This document shows, piece by piece, positions 1 to 9,937 of a stretch of 64,000 nucleotides of DNA. The position numbers and the translations under genes were made by a program. Every line of letters starts with the position of its first letter. Position 1 is the stretch's first letter. The notes beneath the pieces were generated by a model, which worked only from the letters and a program-made list of their open reading frames with translations, was not told where the DNA came from and ran no database searches. Source of the stretch: Blastocladiella emersonii ATCC 22665 (Eukaryota > Fungi > Blastocladiomycota); contig JANHCV010000007.1 of NCBI GenBank assembly GCA_025594325.1, positions 1,364,001 to 1,428,000 of the forward strand, in the 5' to 3' direction.

Positions 1-2158
1 GGCTACTACCGCGGCGGGCCGGGCCAGTACACATCCGGCCCGCTGCCCGCCGACCGCACCGCCGACGACGACGAGCAGATTTTCACGCACCGCCCGTATG
101 GCCGCGGCGCCGACGTCGACGTGGCCGCTGCTGCCGCCGCGGACCAGCGCAAGTTCCCCTTCTTCGGCACCCACAAGCCCGACACCACCACCACGACGCC
201 CGTCGACCTGACGGGCCCGGCGTGCGGCGACCGCTTCTACGGGCCGTACCTCAAGTTCCTCGGCACCGACCTCGCGACCGGCCGCTGCCGCTACTCGGTG
301 CTCGTTGTCGCCAAGCCGGGCGTCACCGAGTCGCCCGCGATCCGCATCATGACGTCGGCGCAGGACGCGATCCCGGAGGTCGCCGGCCCGGCCACCCTGC
401 TCGACGCGTTCGCCGACCACCGGTTCTGGCGCATGGACGTGGCCGTGCCCATGCCGACCACCGGCAACGGGCTCGCGTCGGCCGAGATGCGCTACTCGAT
501 CCCGGGCACGCGCCGCCCCGAGTCGGAGCCTTACACGTTCGCGGTGCCCGGCCGCAACGCGCAGTGGAACTGGGCATTCACGTCGTGCAACGGCTTCTCG
601 TCCGACGTCAACCCCGACGTCGAGCGCGAGTACGCTGGGATCGCGCCGCTGTGGCGCGACGTCCTGCGCAAGCACGCCCAGGTCAAGTACCACGCCATGC
701 TCGGCGGCGGCGACCAGGTCCGTTTCTCGCTCGTTTTTCGATCCCAAACCGAGCATACACTAACCCGACGCCACGACGCGACGCAAACAGGTGTACATGG
801 ACGGCGTGTGGGACCTGCCCGAGCTGCAGCCGTGGCTCGCGCTCAAGCAAAAGGACGCCAAGGCAACGGCGGCCTTCTCGCGCGGCATGAACGACGCGGT
901 CCACGGCTTCTACTTTGCCCAGTACCTGCGCCACTTTGCCAAGGACGGCTTCGCCGACGCGCTCGCCTCGATCCCGTCCATGTTCGTCTGGGACGACCAC
1001 GACATTTTCGACGGCTACGGGTCGTACCCGGGGTACCTGCAGGCGTCGCCCGTGTTCCGCGGCATGTTCTTTGCCGCGCAGCGCTTCTACCTGCTGTTCC
1101 AGCACCACACGACGCTCGCCCTCGCCCGCGCCGACGGGTACCTCGGCGTGGAACGCGGCGGCCACTCCGCGGTCCTTCAGATGGGCCCGCACAACGCGGC
1201 GGTGCTCATCGACACGCGCACCGAGCGGTCCGTCGCCACGCTGCTGTCGGGCGGGTCGTGGTCGCTGATCGAGGACGCCCTGCGCACGCAGCTCGCGCCG
1301 ACGACGCGCCACCTGTTCGTATGCGCCACGGTCCCCATGGTGTACCCGCGCCTGCACGCCGAGTCGGCCATCTCGGTCGCGGGCATCGCGGCCAACGCCG
1401 TCGGCCACGTCGCGGGCAAGATGCCGTGGTTCTCGTACCTCAAGAAGACGGGCGCGTTCAAGACCATCGTCAACTCGCTCGGCGAGCCCGAGCTGCTCGA
1501 CGACCTCAACGACCACTGGACGTCCGCCAACCACGTCGCCGAGCGTAATGCGGCGCTCGACATGCTCGGCCGCATCGCGCACGAGCGCGGCAACCTGCGC
1601 ATCACGCTCGTCTCGGGCGATGTGCACTGCGGCGGCGCGGGCCACATCTTCCCGTCGTCGGTGCCCGCGAACCACTGGCTCAACCACCCGGCGCACATGA
1701 CGCAGATCATCAGCTCGGCCATCGGCAACATCCCGCCGCCCGGCATCGTGATCCGCGCGCTGCACGCGGTCGCTAAGCCGCTCGCCGTCTCGGGGGGCGC
1801 CGACCACGACGCGGATGGGCTGACCGAGGCCATGCTCGCGCCGTTCGACGTGGACGCGGGCAAGCCGACGCACAAGCTGCCCGCCGACCAGCGCGCGCTC
1901 ATGGGCCGGCGCAACTGGTGCAGCGTCGAGCCGCGCGGCGCCATGGCGGGGTCCGTCACGTTCGAGCTGCGCGTCGAGGTCAACAAGGGCCAGCGCGACG
2001 GCCTCACGCACGCGTACGCGGTACCCGTCCTGCCCAAGCTCACCGACGACGAATTTGAGGCCGTCAAGGGGTACCTCGCGGCCGACGGCATGATGCACGC
2101 CAGTTCGGCGTCGGTTGAGAAGGCGGAGATGGGCGCGCGGCCGCTTGTGGGCATGTAA
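1..2158 (+). CDS. PhoD-like alkaline phosphatase/metallophosphoesterase (5'-truncated by window edge; intron 718-790)
   Basis: Frame 1 is open from base 1. Splicing GT(718)..CAG(790), with branch ACTAAC, joins GGDQ to VYMDG. PhoD-type motifs SCNG, GGDQVY, WDDHD, DTRTER, NDHW and SGDVH are present. Confidence 0.85.
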
Positions 2159-2364
2159 CGGACGGGTCGGAGGGGTATCCGGCGGAGATGTTTTGGCAAT
2201 GGAGGTCATAGTTTTGATTCTCAATTCGGAGGGTGCTGAGAGTTGTGCTGGTGCTGAGAGCAATAGGCTTTGGGAGCGCTTGAGCTTGTGCCGCGTCGCG
2301 GAGAACCACAATTTACGCCGGGCGAGGTCGAAATGGACCAGAAACGAAGCGGTAGTGGTTAGAA

Positions 2365-2385
2365 CACGTGAGTGGCGCAGCGCGC
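2365..2385 (-). repeat. Copy of recurrent ~20-bp intergenic motif CACGTGAGTGGCGCAGCGCGC (E-box core)
   Basis: Exact 21-bp match to 3473-3493; 19-bp reverse-complement match at 26599-26617. Confidence 0.8.
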
Positions 2386-2412
2386 TCTCAGTCCAGGACT
2401 CTCAGTCCAGGA
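2385..2412. repeat. Perfect 14-bp tandem duplication (CTCTCAGTCCAGGA x2)
   Basis: Read directly at 2385-2398 and 2399-2412. Confidence 0.9.
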
Positions 2413-2521
2413 CGGCGTTGCATTCTGCGGTGGAAATGAAAGGCTCGGGCACGATCATTGTGTAGGAGGGAAGCGGCTGTCCAATTGATATGGAGCGTTT
2501 TCATTGTCGCGCACGAAGCAC

Positions 2522-3140
2522 TCACTGACTTCGCCGCGGCGGTAAGGGTAGGGGATAGGCACAAGCGTGAGAGAGCGGGTACAGCGAGGGTCTGGCCATG
2601 TACGCGCAGTGCGAGGGTGGCCCAGGAGCATGTCCGTAGTACGGAGCAGGCGGGAGAACGCTTGGAAAAGTGATACCCGGCCGCTCGTGAGGGGAGGCGG
2701 TAGCGACGGGTGTGGTGGGCGCGAACGTGACGGCTGAGTCCTGGCGTCCACTATGCGAAAACTTGGTCTTCTTTGCCGCTGGCTCAAGTTCACCACCCTC
2801 GTCATCCAATACGACTGGCGCGGATTCTTGTCCCACCAATAGGCTCGAGACAATTTGAAGCCGCGGCGAAGAACCGAGTGTGGTCAAGGCCGCCGGTCCA
2901 GCGGGTTCAGATAGGAGAGGCGGCTGATCTTGCTGTATGGGCAAATCTAGGTCGCCCGAAGGTGAGGGCACGACCGTGTGCTCGCGGCCGCAATCGACAA
3001 CACGAAAGTCAAGGGACTCGAGCTCGAGCAAATCAAGGGGCGCCGACGAACCGGCGGGATCTACTACTCCGAGCACTGCGCAAGGTGCTGCATGAGAAGG
3101 AGCACTGCAAGAATCTGCATCATGCTGCGGAACAGGAGAG
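2522..3140 (-). CDS. Low-complexity Pro/Tyr/His-rich exon, possible finger-less or degenerate paralog of the adjacent C2H2 genes
   Basis: The ORF extends upstream to a GTGTAG acceptor near 3140. It has an NLS-like PAAKKTK and a PYYGH..YPL tail resembling the tail of the 3631-5721 protein. No recognisable domain. Confidence 0.35.
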
Positions 3141-3472
3141 GGTAGATCGCTACACGCGCCAAGGTCAATGTTGAGCGTTCTTTTGAAGGCGCAACTGGAA
3201 AAAAATGGCAGACTTATCTATCCGAACCGCTCAATCATGTCAAAGTCCGAGCTGCGATATGTCGAGCGTCGGGGTGACGATGTTTGAAGTTTGGAGAACA
3301 GTCCCTTTGTTTTGTCATCGTTTCATGCATCCTTGAGTTCCTGTTTCTCCTCAGTGATTTCCCACCGAATCGGAGCTTGCGAATGAGCGAATCAACCACT
3401 CGGCGACTATGTTTTCCAGCCGCGTGTCAATTAATGTTCGGACCATGCACGTTGCGACGCGAAGGTTAGCTG

Positions 3473-3493
3473 CACGTGAGTGGCGCAGCGCGC
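3473..3493 (-). repeat. Copy of recurrent ~20-bp intergenic motif CACGTGAGTGGCGCAGCGCGC
   Basis: Exact match to 2365-2385; both copies are preceded by GGTTAG. Confidence 0.8.
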
Positions 3494-3630
3494 CTTCCGC
3501 TACATTCGAGCGCCGCGCCGGTCAGGGCGGAGCCACATCACAGAACGTGAACGAGACAGCAACATATCGCTCAGAATCAGGTACTGGTATGCAATGGATT
3601 GAATTGGGTTGATGGTATGCTCATACGGCG

Positions 3631-5721
3631 TCACTCGCGTTTCGGTGGCACCGACGACTGCTGCGTCGGGTCGGCCGCGGGCCAGCGGGCCTCGTTGCCG
3701 AATCGGTCGGCCGCGGGACCCGTGGTCGAATGCGGACCGAGCGCGAGGAACGACGAAAGATCGAGATCCCCGCTTTGTGGCGGTGGAGCGAGCCCGGCAG
3801 TGTAGCCCGAGTGCGACCGCGGGTACTGGCTGCCCAGGGGCTGATGGTGTGCGTGTGCATGCGTGTGCGGGTCGTAGCCGTAGCTTTGCGCGGGATGTTG
3901 TAGCATGCCGGCGGGGTACGCGGTCGCCGGAGCCGGAAGGCCGGCCGGTGGTGAGTAGGGCGGCATCGGTAGCGGCTGGCCCAGCGGCGTGTAGCCGTGG
4001 GGCGGCGGGTTACCGGAATGCGAGAGCATCGAGTGCCCGGGGTAGTACGCGACCCACAGCATCGGCAGCTGCGATGGCGAAGTCAGCGAGGAAGTGTGAG
4101 GCGCGTGGTACTGGTGCGGGGCGGGTGCGGGTCCGGGCAGCGACGGGAGCGGTGGCGGTGGCGGAAGCGAACGGCCGTACGCGTCGTCTGGGAGACCTGG
4201 AGCCGTTGCGGGCGGCGGCGCGAGCATAGGGTGATGATCGTCGTAGCCGTAATGCTCGCCGTGGCCGTGGCCGGGGCCGGGGGTTGGCGGGCGAGGTGCA
4301 GTCGGTGCGGGCGGCGCACTGGTCGCGGTTTGGCGACCCGAGTGGTCCGTGTACCGCGGCTGCTGCGCCACAGCGCGTTCTGCGGGGTCGCTGGCGGCGG
4401 CAGTCCCTGCCCGTTCGAAGCCAATGGGCGATCGATGCGAGCGCGGCACCGAGTCCCGTCTCCGCTTCCTCGCCGGCGAGCCGGCGTGTTCTTGGTAATC
4501 GTCATCCCCGTCGTCGTCGTAGTCCTCATCATTGCTCTCCTCCTCGGCGACGACGAGTACCGGATCCGCTGCCGCCGACGCCGTCGCGACGGGCGGGCGC
4601 TGCACGGGGATCACGGGCAGCTGCTGAAGCGGAAGGAGGGACGTGAAGAAAGACGCACCGCCCACGCCGGCTGGGCGCGGCAGCTCGGAACCCACCCCCG
4701 CCGCCGCTTCGCGGGCGGCCATGCGCTCGTGCGTCTTGAGGTGCTGCGCGCGGTTGTCGGGGCGCGCGAAGGTCTTGGTGCAGCCTGGGAACGTGCACGC
4801 GAACGGCCGCTCGCCCGTGTGGATGCGCGCGTGGCGGCGCAGGTGCTCGCGCCGCTTGAACCGGGACCCGCAGTCGGTGCAGTGGTGCGGCCGCTCGTTC
4901 GCGTATTTCGGGCGAGCCGGGGGCCGCGGCGCGGTGACGCTCGGACGCACGGGAACTTCTTCGAGCACGGGCCGCGGCCGAGCACGCGGAACGGGCAGCG
5001 ACGGGTCGCTCGGGTCCTGGGCCACGACCATGCGCATCTCGAACGTGGACGCGCGCCCGACCGGCTGCGGCGGCGGCACCTCGCCGACCTCCGACCTGCG
5101 GGTCACCGAGTCGGCGGGTTGTAGCGGGAGCACAGGGGCAGTCACCGAAGCAGAGTAGGCCGACACCCAAGACGACGTGGACGCGTCGTCATTATCCTCA
5201 TCATCATCGTCATCGCTCAACTCGCTCAGGACCGCAGCGCGCGCAGTGCTCGACCGCACGTCCGCGCCTTCGAGCCGAGACGGCGACGAAACCGTAACCG
5301 AGAACGGGTCCGTGTCGGCATCCTCGTCCACGAGTCGGGGCAGCGCGTGCGGGAGGGGCAGCGGTGGAGTCGTGGCACGCGGGTCATCGGCGGAGCACTC
5401 AGCCGCTGAAGCCGCCGAGGGGCCGGCGACCGCGTAGTCGTCGTCGCTGAAGCTACACAAGGAGATCATCCATCAGCGATCCACCCGAGAGCATCGCGGA
5501 ATGAAGGGCTTCGCACCGCTGCAAGGGCGGAACGCTCGACCCACCATCAGCGGATGGCCGACGTGGACCGTCGCCCGTCTCATCTTGTTCCCAAACTGGC
5601 ATCCATGGTAAAGCTTGATCCGAGCTCATAGTTTCAGCAAGTTATCGGTTGATTACATGGAGGCTTCGTCGTCGTCGTGGTCGGTGAGAACGCGGCGCGT
5701 TTCAAGTTCGCGGTAGTTCAT
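3631..5721 (-). CDS. C2H2 zinc-finger transcription factor (2 fingers); probable intron 5453-5656
   Basis: [26 protein letters not shown] is a canonical finger pair. The AT|GTAATC donor and GTGTAG|C acceptor are phase-compatible and give [15 protein letters not shown]. The start at 5721 is tentative. Confidence 0.85.
5613..5658. repeat. ~45-bp direct repeat (copy 1), upstream part of the duplicated C2H2 unit
   Basis: CTTGATCCGAGCTCATAGTTTCAGCAAGTTATCGGTTGATTACAT versus CTTGATCGGCACTCATAGTTTCAGCAAGTTACTCGATGATTTCAT at 7191-7236. Confidence 0.85.
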
Positions 5722-7110
5722 CCCATCACCTGCTCGATCACGAGGATGAGGGCTGAGCGCGAAGAAATGCGTTTCGTTTATTGGAAAGTGATTGGGGAGT
5801 GTTTTAGGAGGTTTCGCCGTCACAGGGGCGAGATGACATCGCGGAGGGTGTCGAAACAAAGGACGTCGCGAAGACGGTGCGGCAAATGGACCGCTGTCTG
5901 GCGGTAGCTGGTCCTCAAAGCGCAGTTGTGGCTGCATTTGCGAGTGGTGAGCGAGATCCGGCGACATCGACGAGTTTTGGAGACATGGATGGGTCAGCGG
6001 TCGAGGTGAAACGCCCTGGACGGCCGTATGGTTGTGCTCGCCGATAATTCCCGCGGCCGGTGCAAGCGAACTTGGCGTGACGGGAGATGGTTCGACAAGC
6101 ATGGACTCGGACGCGGCCGGGGCCACAACCGCGGCGTGGTCAAGTGCAGTCGTATCGGGTGCGTCCTGCACAGCAGCGATCGCAGTGACGGTGGCTGTCA
6201 CACTCGCAGGCGCAGCGTCGAAGTCCGGCACCGCCGCGGTCCCCGCGAGCTCTACATAGTCCCTGTGCATCACTCTAATGTGGCGCTTTCGAGAGTCATC
6301 TCGTGCAAAAGCTTGATTGCACCCCGGGTACGAGCACACAAAAGGTCGAGCGCCCGAGTGGATGAGATAGTGGCGCCTCAAGCTTCTCTGATGCGCAAAC
6401 CCTTCGCCGCATTCCTGGCACGAGTACACGCGCGCGTTCGGAACCTGTGATCGAGGCCGAGCTGGCGGCAGAGAACTCGAACCGGGTAAACGAAGGCCAG
6501 ACGCAACGAGAATCGGTTGCGCGAGAATGGGCGTGGCGGTGGTGGCATAGTCAGGCATCGCCGGAGCGGTCGCCGCCTGTACTCTGGCGGGCACGATGGC
6601 GGCCCCACCAACGGCGGTGAGCGCGGAAGCAGTTGTCGCGTCAACAAGGTCCGATCCCCGCGCAAACTGACCACCGGTTTGCCGACTGTGCACCGTTTTG
6701 GCGTGCCGCTTCAGGTCTGAGATACGTGCAAAAGCGCTACTGCACCCGGGTTGCGAACACGCAAACGGCCGGGCATCCGAGTGGACGATCAAGTGGCGCT
6801 TCAATTGATGGCCGAGCTCGTAGCGATTTCCGCACTCCAAACACTGGTGTGGCCGCGCCTCGGGGTCGTTCAAGTTCGCCAGCTGCACCAGCGCCGGTGC
6901 GAGACCGGCGTTCGTGTCCGGAGCTGGTAATAAAAGTGCGAGCGGCGGTAGTACGTGCGGGAAGGGCAACAGCGGGTCGGTCGAGTGTCCGATTGACTTT
7001 GAGTCACTTTCCGGTACCGCCGAGCCAGCAGGCGACGAGAAGCGTGTGAGAGTAATTGGCGAAGAAGGACATGTCGACAGCGACGACGAGGACGCGAGAT
7101 CGCCGTCATC
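5653..7110 (-). CDS. C2H2 zinc-finger protein (4 fingers in two pairs); start unresolved, possibly degenerate or fused to the downstream C2H2 gene
   Basis: CLEC..HLIVH-SDARPF-CSQPGC..HAKTVH and CQEC..HYLIH-SGARPF-CSYPGC..HIRVMH. Shares PxPHxLP upstream of the fingers with its neighbour. No in-frame ATG before the first pair; codon bias is relaxed. Confidence 0.75.
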   Translation of the reverse strand, partial: DDGDLASSSSLSTCPSSPITLTRFSSPAGSAVPESDSKSIGHSTDPLLPFPHVLPPLALLLPAPDTNAGLAPALVQLANLNDPEARPHQCLECGNRYELGHQLKRHLIVHSDARPFACSQPGCSSAFARISDLKRHAKTVHSRQTGGQFARGSDLVDATTASALTAVGGAAIVPARVQAATAPAMPDYATTATPILAQPILVASGLRLPGSSSLPPARPRSQVPNARVYSCQECGEGFAHQRSLRRHYLIHSGARPFVCSYPGCNQAFARDDSRKRHIRVMHRDYVELAGTAAVPDFDAAPASVTATVTAIAAVQDAPDTTALDHAAVVAPAASESMLVEPSPVTPSSLAPAAGIIGEHNHTAVQGVSPRPLTHPCLQNSSMSPDLAHHSQMQPQLRFEDQLPPDSGPFAAPSSRRPLFRHPPRCHLAPVTAKPPKTLPNHFPINETHFFALSPHPRDRAGDGMNYRELETRRVLTDHDDDEASM

Positions 7111-7190
7111 CGCAGGTCAGCTCCCAGCCGAATCGAGGCGCGCACTATTGGCCGCCTCGCCGTGATCCGCGGACAAGGCCAGAGATAAAT

Positions 7191-7236
7191 CTTGATCGGC
7201 ACTCATAGTTTCAGCAAGTTACTCGATGATTTCATG
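7191..7236. repeat. ~45-bp direct repeat (copy 2)
   Basis: See 5613-5658; the shared core CTCATAGTTTCAGCAAGTTA is identical. Confidence 0.85.
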
Positions 7237-8352
7237 CGTTTCCAGAGGCGTAGTTGTCGGCGAGGAGCGGCAGCGTGACGCACTGACGCGATGCGAAGGT
7301 CAAGTCCGCCGCGCGCTCTGACACGCGTTTCGCGACCTGCTTCGCGACAACTGGCCGGTCCCTGATGGTCCAAGCTCGAATAAACAGTAGAGCGAGGAAT
7401 CTACTCACAAATGCCGCCGGGAGAGTCGACTGGGCGCTGTCGGATTGGCGACGAGACGAGGACAGGAACCGTGCGCGCAACAGCAAGCATACGGGTCCTC
7501 GCGGATAACGACCAAGCAGCGTATGCGAGAAGTACGAGCGGCTCCGCGATGATCCCCATCAGTTCCACGAGCGGTGCTCGTGAAGGTCCAACGAACGCTC
7601 GCCCGTTCGGCGCTCCGACTACCAACACGCTACGTCCTGTAGTTCCTCCCGTGAACACGCGCCTCGGGCGTCGCAACTGTTTCTCATCGTCCCGCTTACG
7701 GGTTCGCATGACGGAGATCGCGGAACAAAGTCTGACGGCGGCGCTGCGACGTGGCATAGGGCGTCAATGTCAGACGTGGGTCACGCTACGTGACGATAGT
7801 AGAATAACCAAGGGCTCCCGCTCGGAACTCGCGCTGCACACTACCGAGCGCGAGCTGAACCTCCAGCGCGTGGCGACACACGCGGCGACCGACGCGAAGT
7901 TCACCCCCGCGTTGGCCCGCGCTACTCCACCGTCGAGACTGACCAGCGTGGCGCCGACGATGGCTGCACCGGATACCGCGGCTCGTTGGTCAGCAGGCAC
8001 TGCAGAAGAAGTGAGAGCAGCTTCGCGAGACGAAGACGCGTCGACGCTGTCAGCCGAGCCGGGCCAGCGGGCAGGGCGTGGCGGCGGGGCGTGCTGGGGT
8101 AAGCCGTGGGGTCATTGCTCGACGAGAGCGCCGCCGCCACCGCCAACGCGTCGCTGCTGCCACGAGTCGGAACGTCCGGCACGCGTCGCGGATTACGTTG
8201 CAGTTGCATGGAGTGAGAGAGCGCCAAGAGGGGAGATGATGTGCTGCGGTGGGAGCGCGAGCGCATAAAGCGTGGCCGTGCCCGCGGCCAATCCTCGTCT
8301 CTCACGAATCTGTTCTCTCTCCCGACGGCACATCTCTGCCCTGCAACGAACC

Positions 8353-9477
8353 ATGAACACAATCCCCAAGACGACGCGCGCCGTGATCGCCGCCAAGAAG
8401 GGCGCGCCCGCCGAGGTCCTGCGCGTCGGCGCGGTCGATCTGCCGGCCTTCGCCGACGACAAGGTCCTGATTCGTCTCGTGGGCGCGTCGGTGAATCCTT
8501 CCGACACCCTGGCCGTGGTGGGAACGTACCCTGTCCCGCTGCACCGCACGACCGTGGCGGGCACGACGGACCCAGCGTTGATCGGCGGCTTCGAGGGCAT
8601 TGCCGAGGTCGTCGCGATCGGCGCCACGGCCGCCACGGTGACGCACCCGCGCCTGGCCTCGCCGGGCGACGCGTCGCCGTACCTGTCCGTCGGCGACTGG
8701 GTGATCCCGCGCGGGTACGGGACGTGGCGCCGCGACGCGGTCGTCGACCCCAAGGACCTGATCCGCGTGGTGCCCGCGGCGCGCCGCGGCAAGCTGCCCG
8801 TGGCCGCCGCCGCGACGCTGACGGTGAACCCGCCGACGGCGTACCGCATGCTGGCCGACTTTGGCGACCTGCAGCCGGGCGACTTCGTGGTGCAGAACGG
8901 CGCCAACTCGGCCGTCGGCCAGTACGTGATCCAGATCGCCAAGCTGCGCGGGTTCCGCTCCATCAACGTGATCCGCGACCGCCCCGAGTTCGACGACCTC
9001 GCTGCCAAGCTCACGGCGCTCGGCGCCGACTACGTGGTGCGCGACGGCACCAGCGAGCTCAAGGACCTCGTCGCCGCGCACCCCGAGTGGAACGTCAAGC
9101 TCGCCCTTAACACGGTGGGCGGCGACTCGGCCGGTGCCCTCATTGGCGTGCTGTCGAACAGCGGCACGCTCGTCAGCTACGGCGCCATGACGCCGGCACC
9201 CATCTCGGCGCCCGCAACCGCCTTCATCTTCAAGGACCTGTCGCTGCGCGGGTTCTGGATGACCAAGTGGCACAAGACGGCCTCGCCCGAGGCGTCGCGC
9301 GCCATGCTCGACGAGCTCGTCGGCTGGTTCGAGAGCGGCACGCTCCAGGCCGCGGATGCCGTCGAGGTGCCCCTGCGCGCTGAGGCCGACCTCGAGTCGG
9401 ACGCCAAGGTCGTTGAAGCCATTGCCGCCTCGGCCGCGAGCGCCATTGGCAAGAAGGTCCTGCTGACGTTCCCGTGA
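8353..9477 (+). CDS. ETR1: Mitochondrial trans-2-enoyl-ACP/CoA reductase (MDR superfamily)
   Basis: ASVNPSD, GDWVIP..GTWR, VNPPTAYRML, QNGANSAVGQYVIQ, LVSYGAM and LRGFWMTKW match the MECR/Etr1 pattern. The ATG is in CAACCATG-like context. Confidence 0.9.
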   Translation: MNTIPKTTRAVIAAKKGAPAEVLRVGAVDLPAFADDKVLIRLVGASVNPSDTLAVVGTYPVPLHRTTVAGTTDPALIGGFEGIAEVVAIGATAATVTHPRLASPGDASPYLSVGDWVIPRGYGTWRRDAVVDPKDLIRVVPAARRGKLPVAAAATLTVNPPTAYRMLADFGDLQPGDFVVQNGANSAVGQYVIQIAKLRGFRSINVIRDRPEFDDLAAKLTALGADYVVRDGTSELKDLVAAHPEWNVKLALNTVGGDSAGALIGVLSNSGTLVSYGAMTPAPISAPATAFIFKDLSLRGFWMTKWHKTASPEASRAMLDELVGWFESGTLQAADAVEVPLRAEADLESDAKVVEAIAASAASAIGKKVLLTFP

Positions 9478-9937
9478 GCGGTCGATTCTGAGTTCATACA
9501 CTGCGGCCGACACGGCCTGCCTATTCCAGTACACATCTTGTCTTCTGCTCGCGAGTGGTGAAAGCGGAGCGAACTGTGAGCGGGAGTCGCGTCGCGTCGC
9601 GTTTCAGGAACATGTGAGCGCCGCCCACACCTCGGGACTCTCTCGAGACTCCCCGCGTCGACGCTGCCGCAAGAATCACACCCATTCACTTTGAGACCAT
9701 GGAGCTTGATGCAAAGCGTACACGCTGGACGCCTAGGGCGCGCGACGCAACACGTGCACCGTCTCGGCGGCGGAGTCGAGCCAGCTGACCGTGACGCTGC
9801 TCACCGACCGGTTTCTGGCGCATTCGATCGAGCATGACGCTGAGACGCCTACCACCTTCGGGCCACACGCTAGCGCTAGCGCCGCGGTCCCACCTCCGCT
9901 GTCGCGCTCGATCCGCTCGCCCCGCTGTCCGCCAACC

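Noticed and set aside
2357-3469. GGTTAG next to both E-box motif copies as telomeric repeat remnants
   Set aside because: Only single hexamers are present; there is no tandem TTAGGG tract.
7411-8268. 285-aa ORF and overlapping ORFs between the C2H2 cluster and ETR1
   Set aside because: No motif, no consistent codon bias and non-ATG starts; treated as intergenic/promoter DNA.
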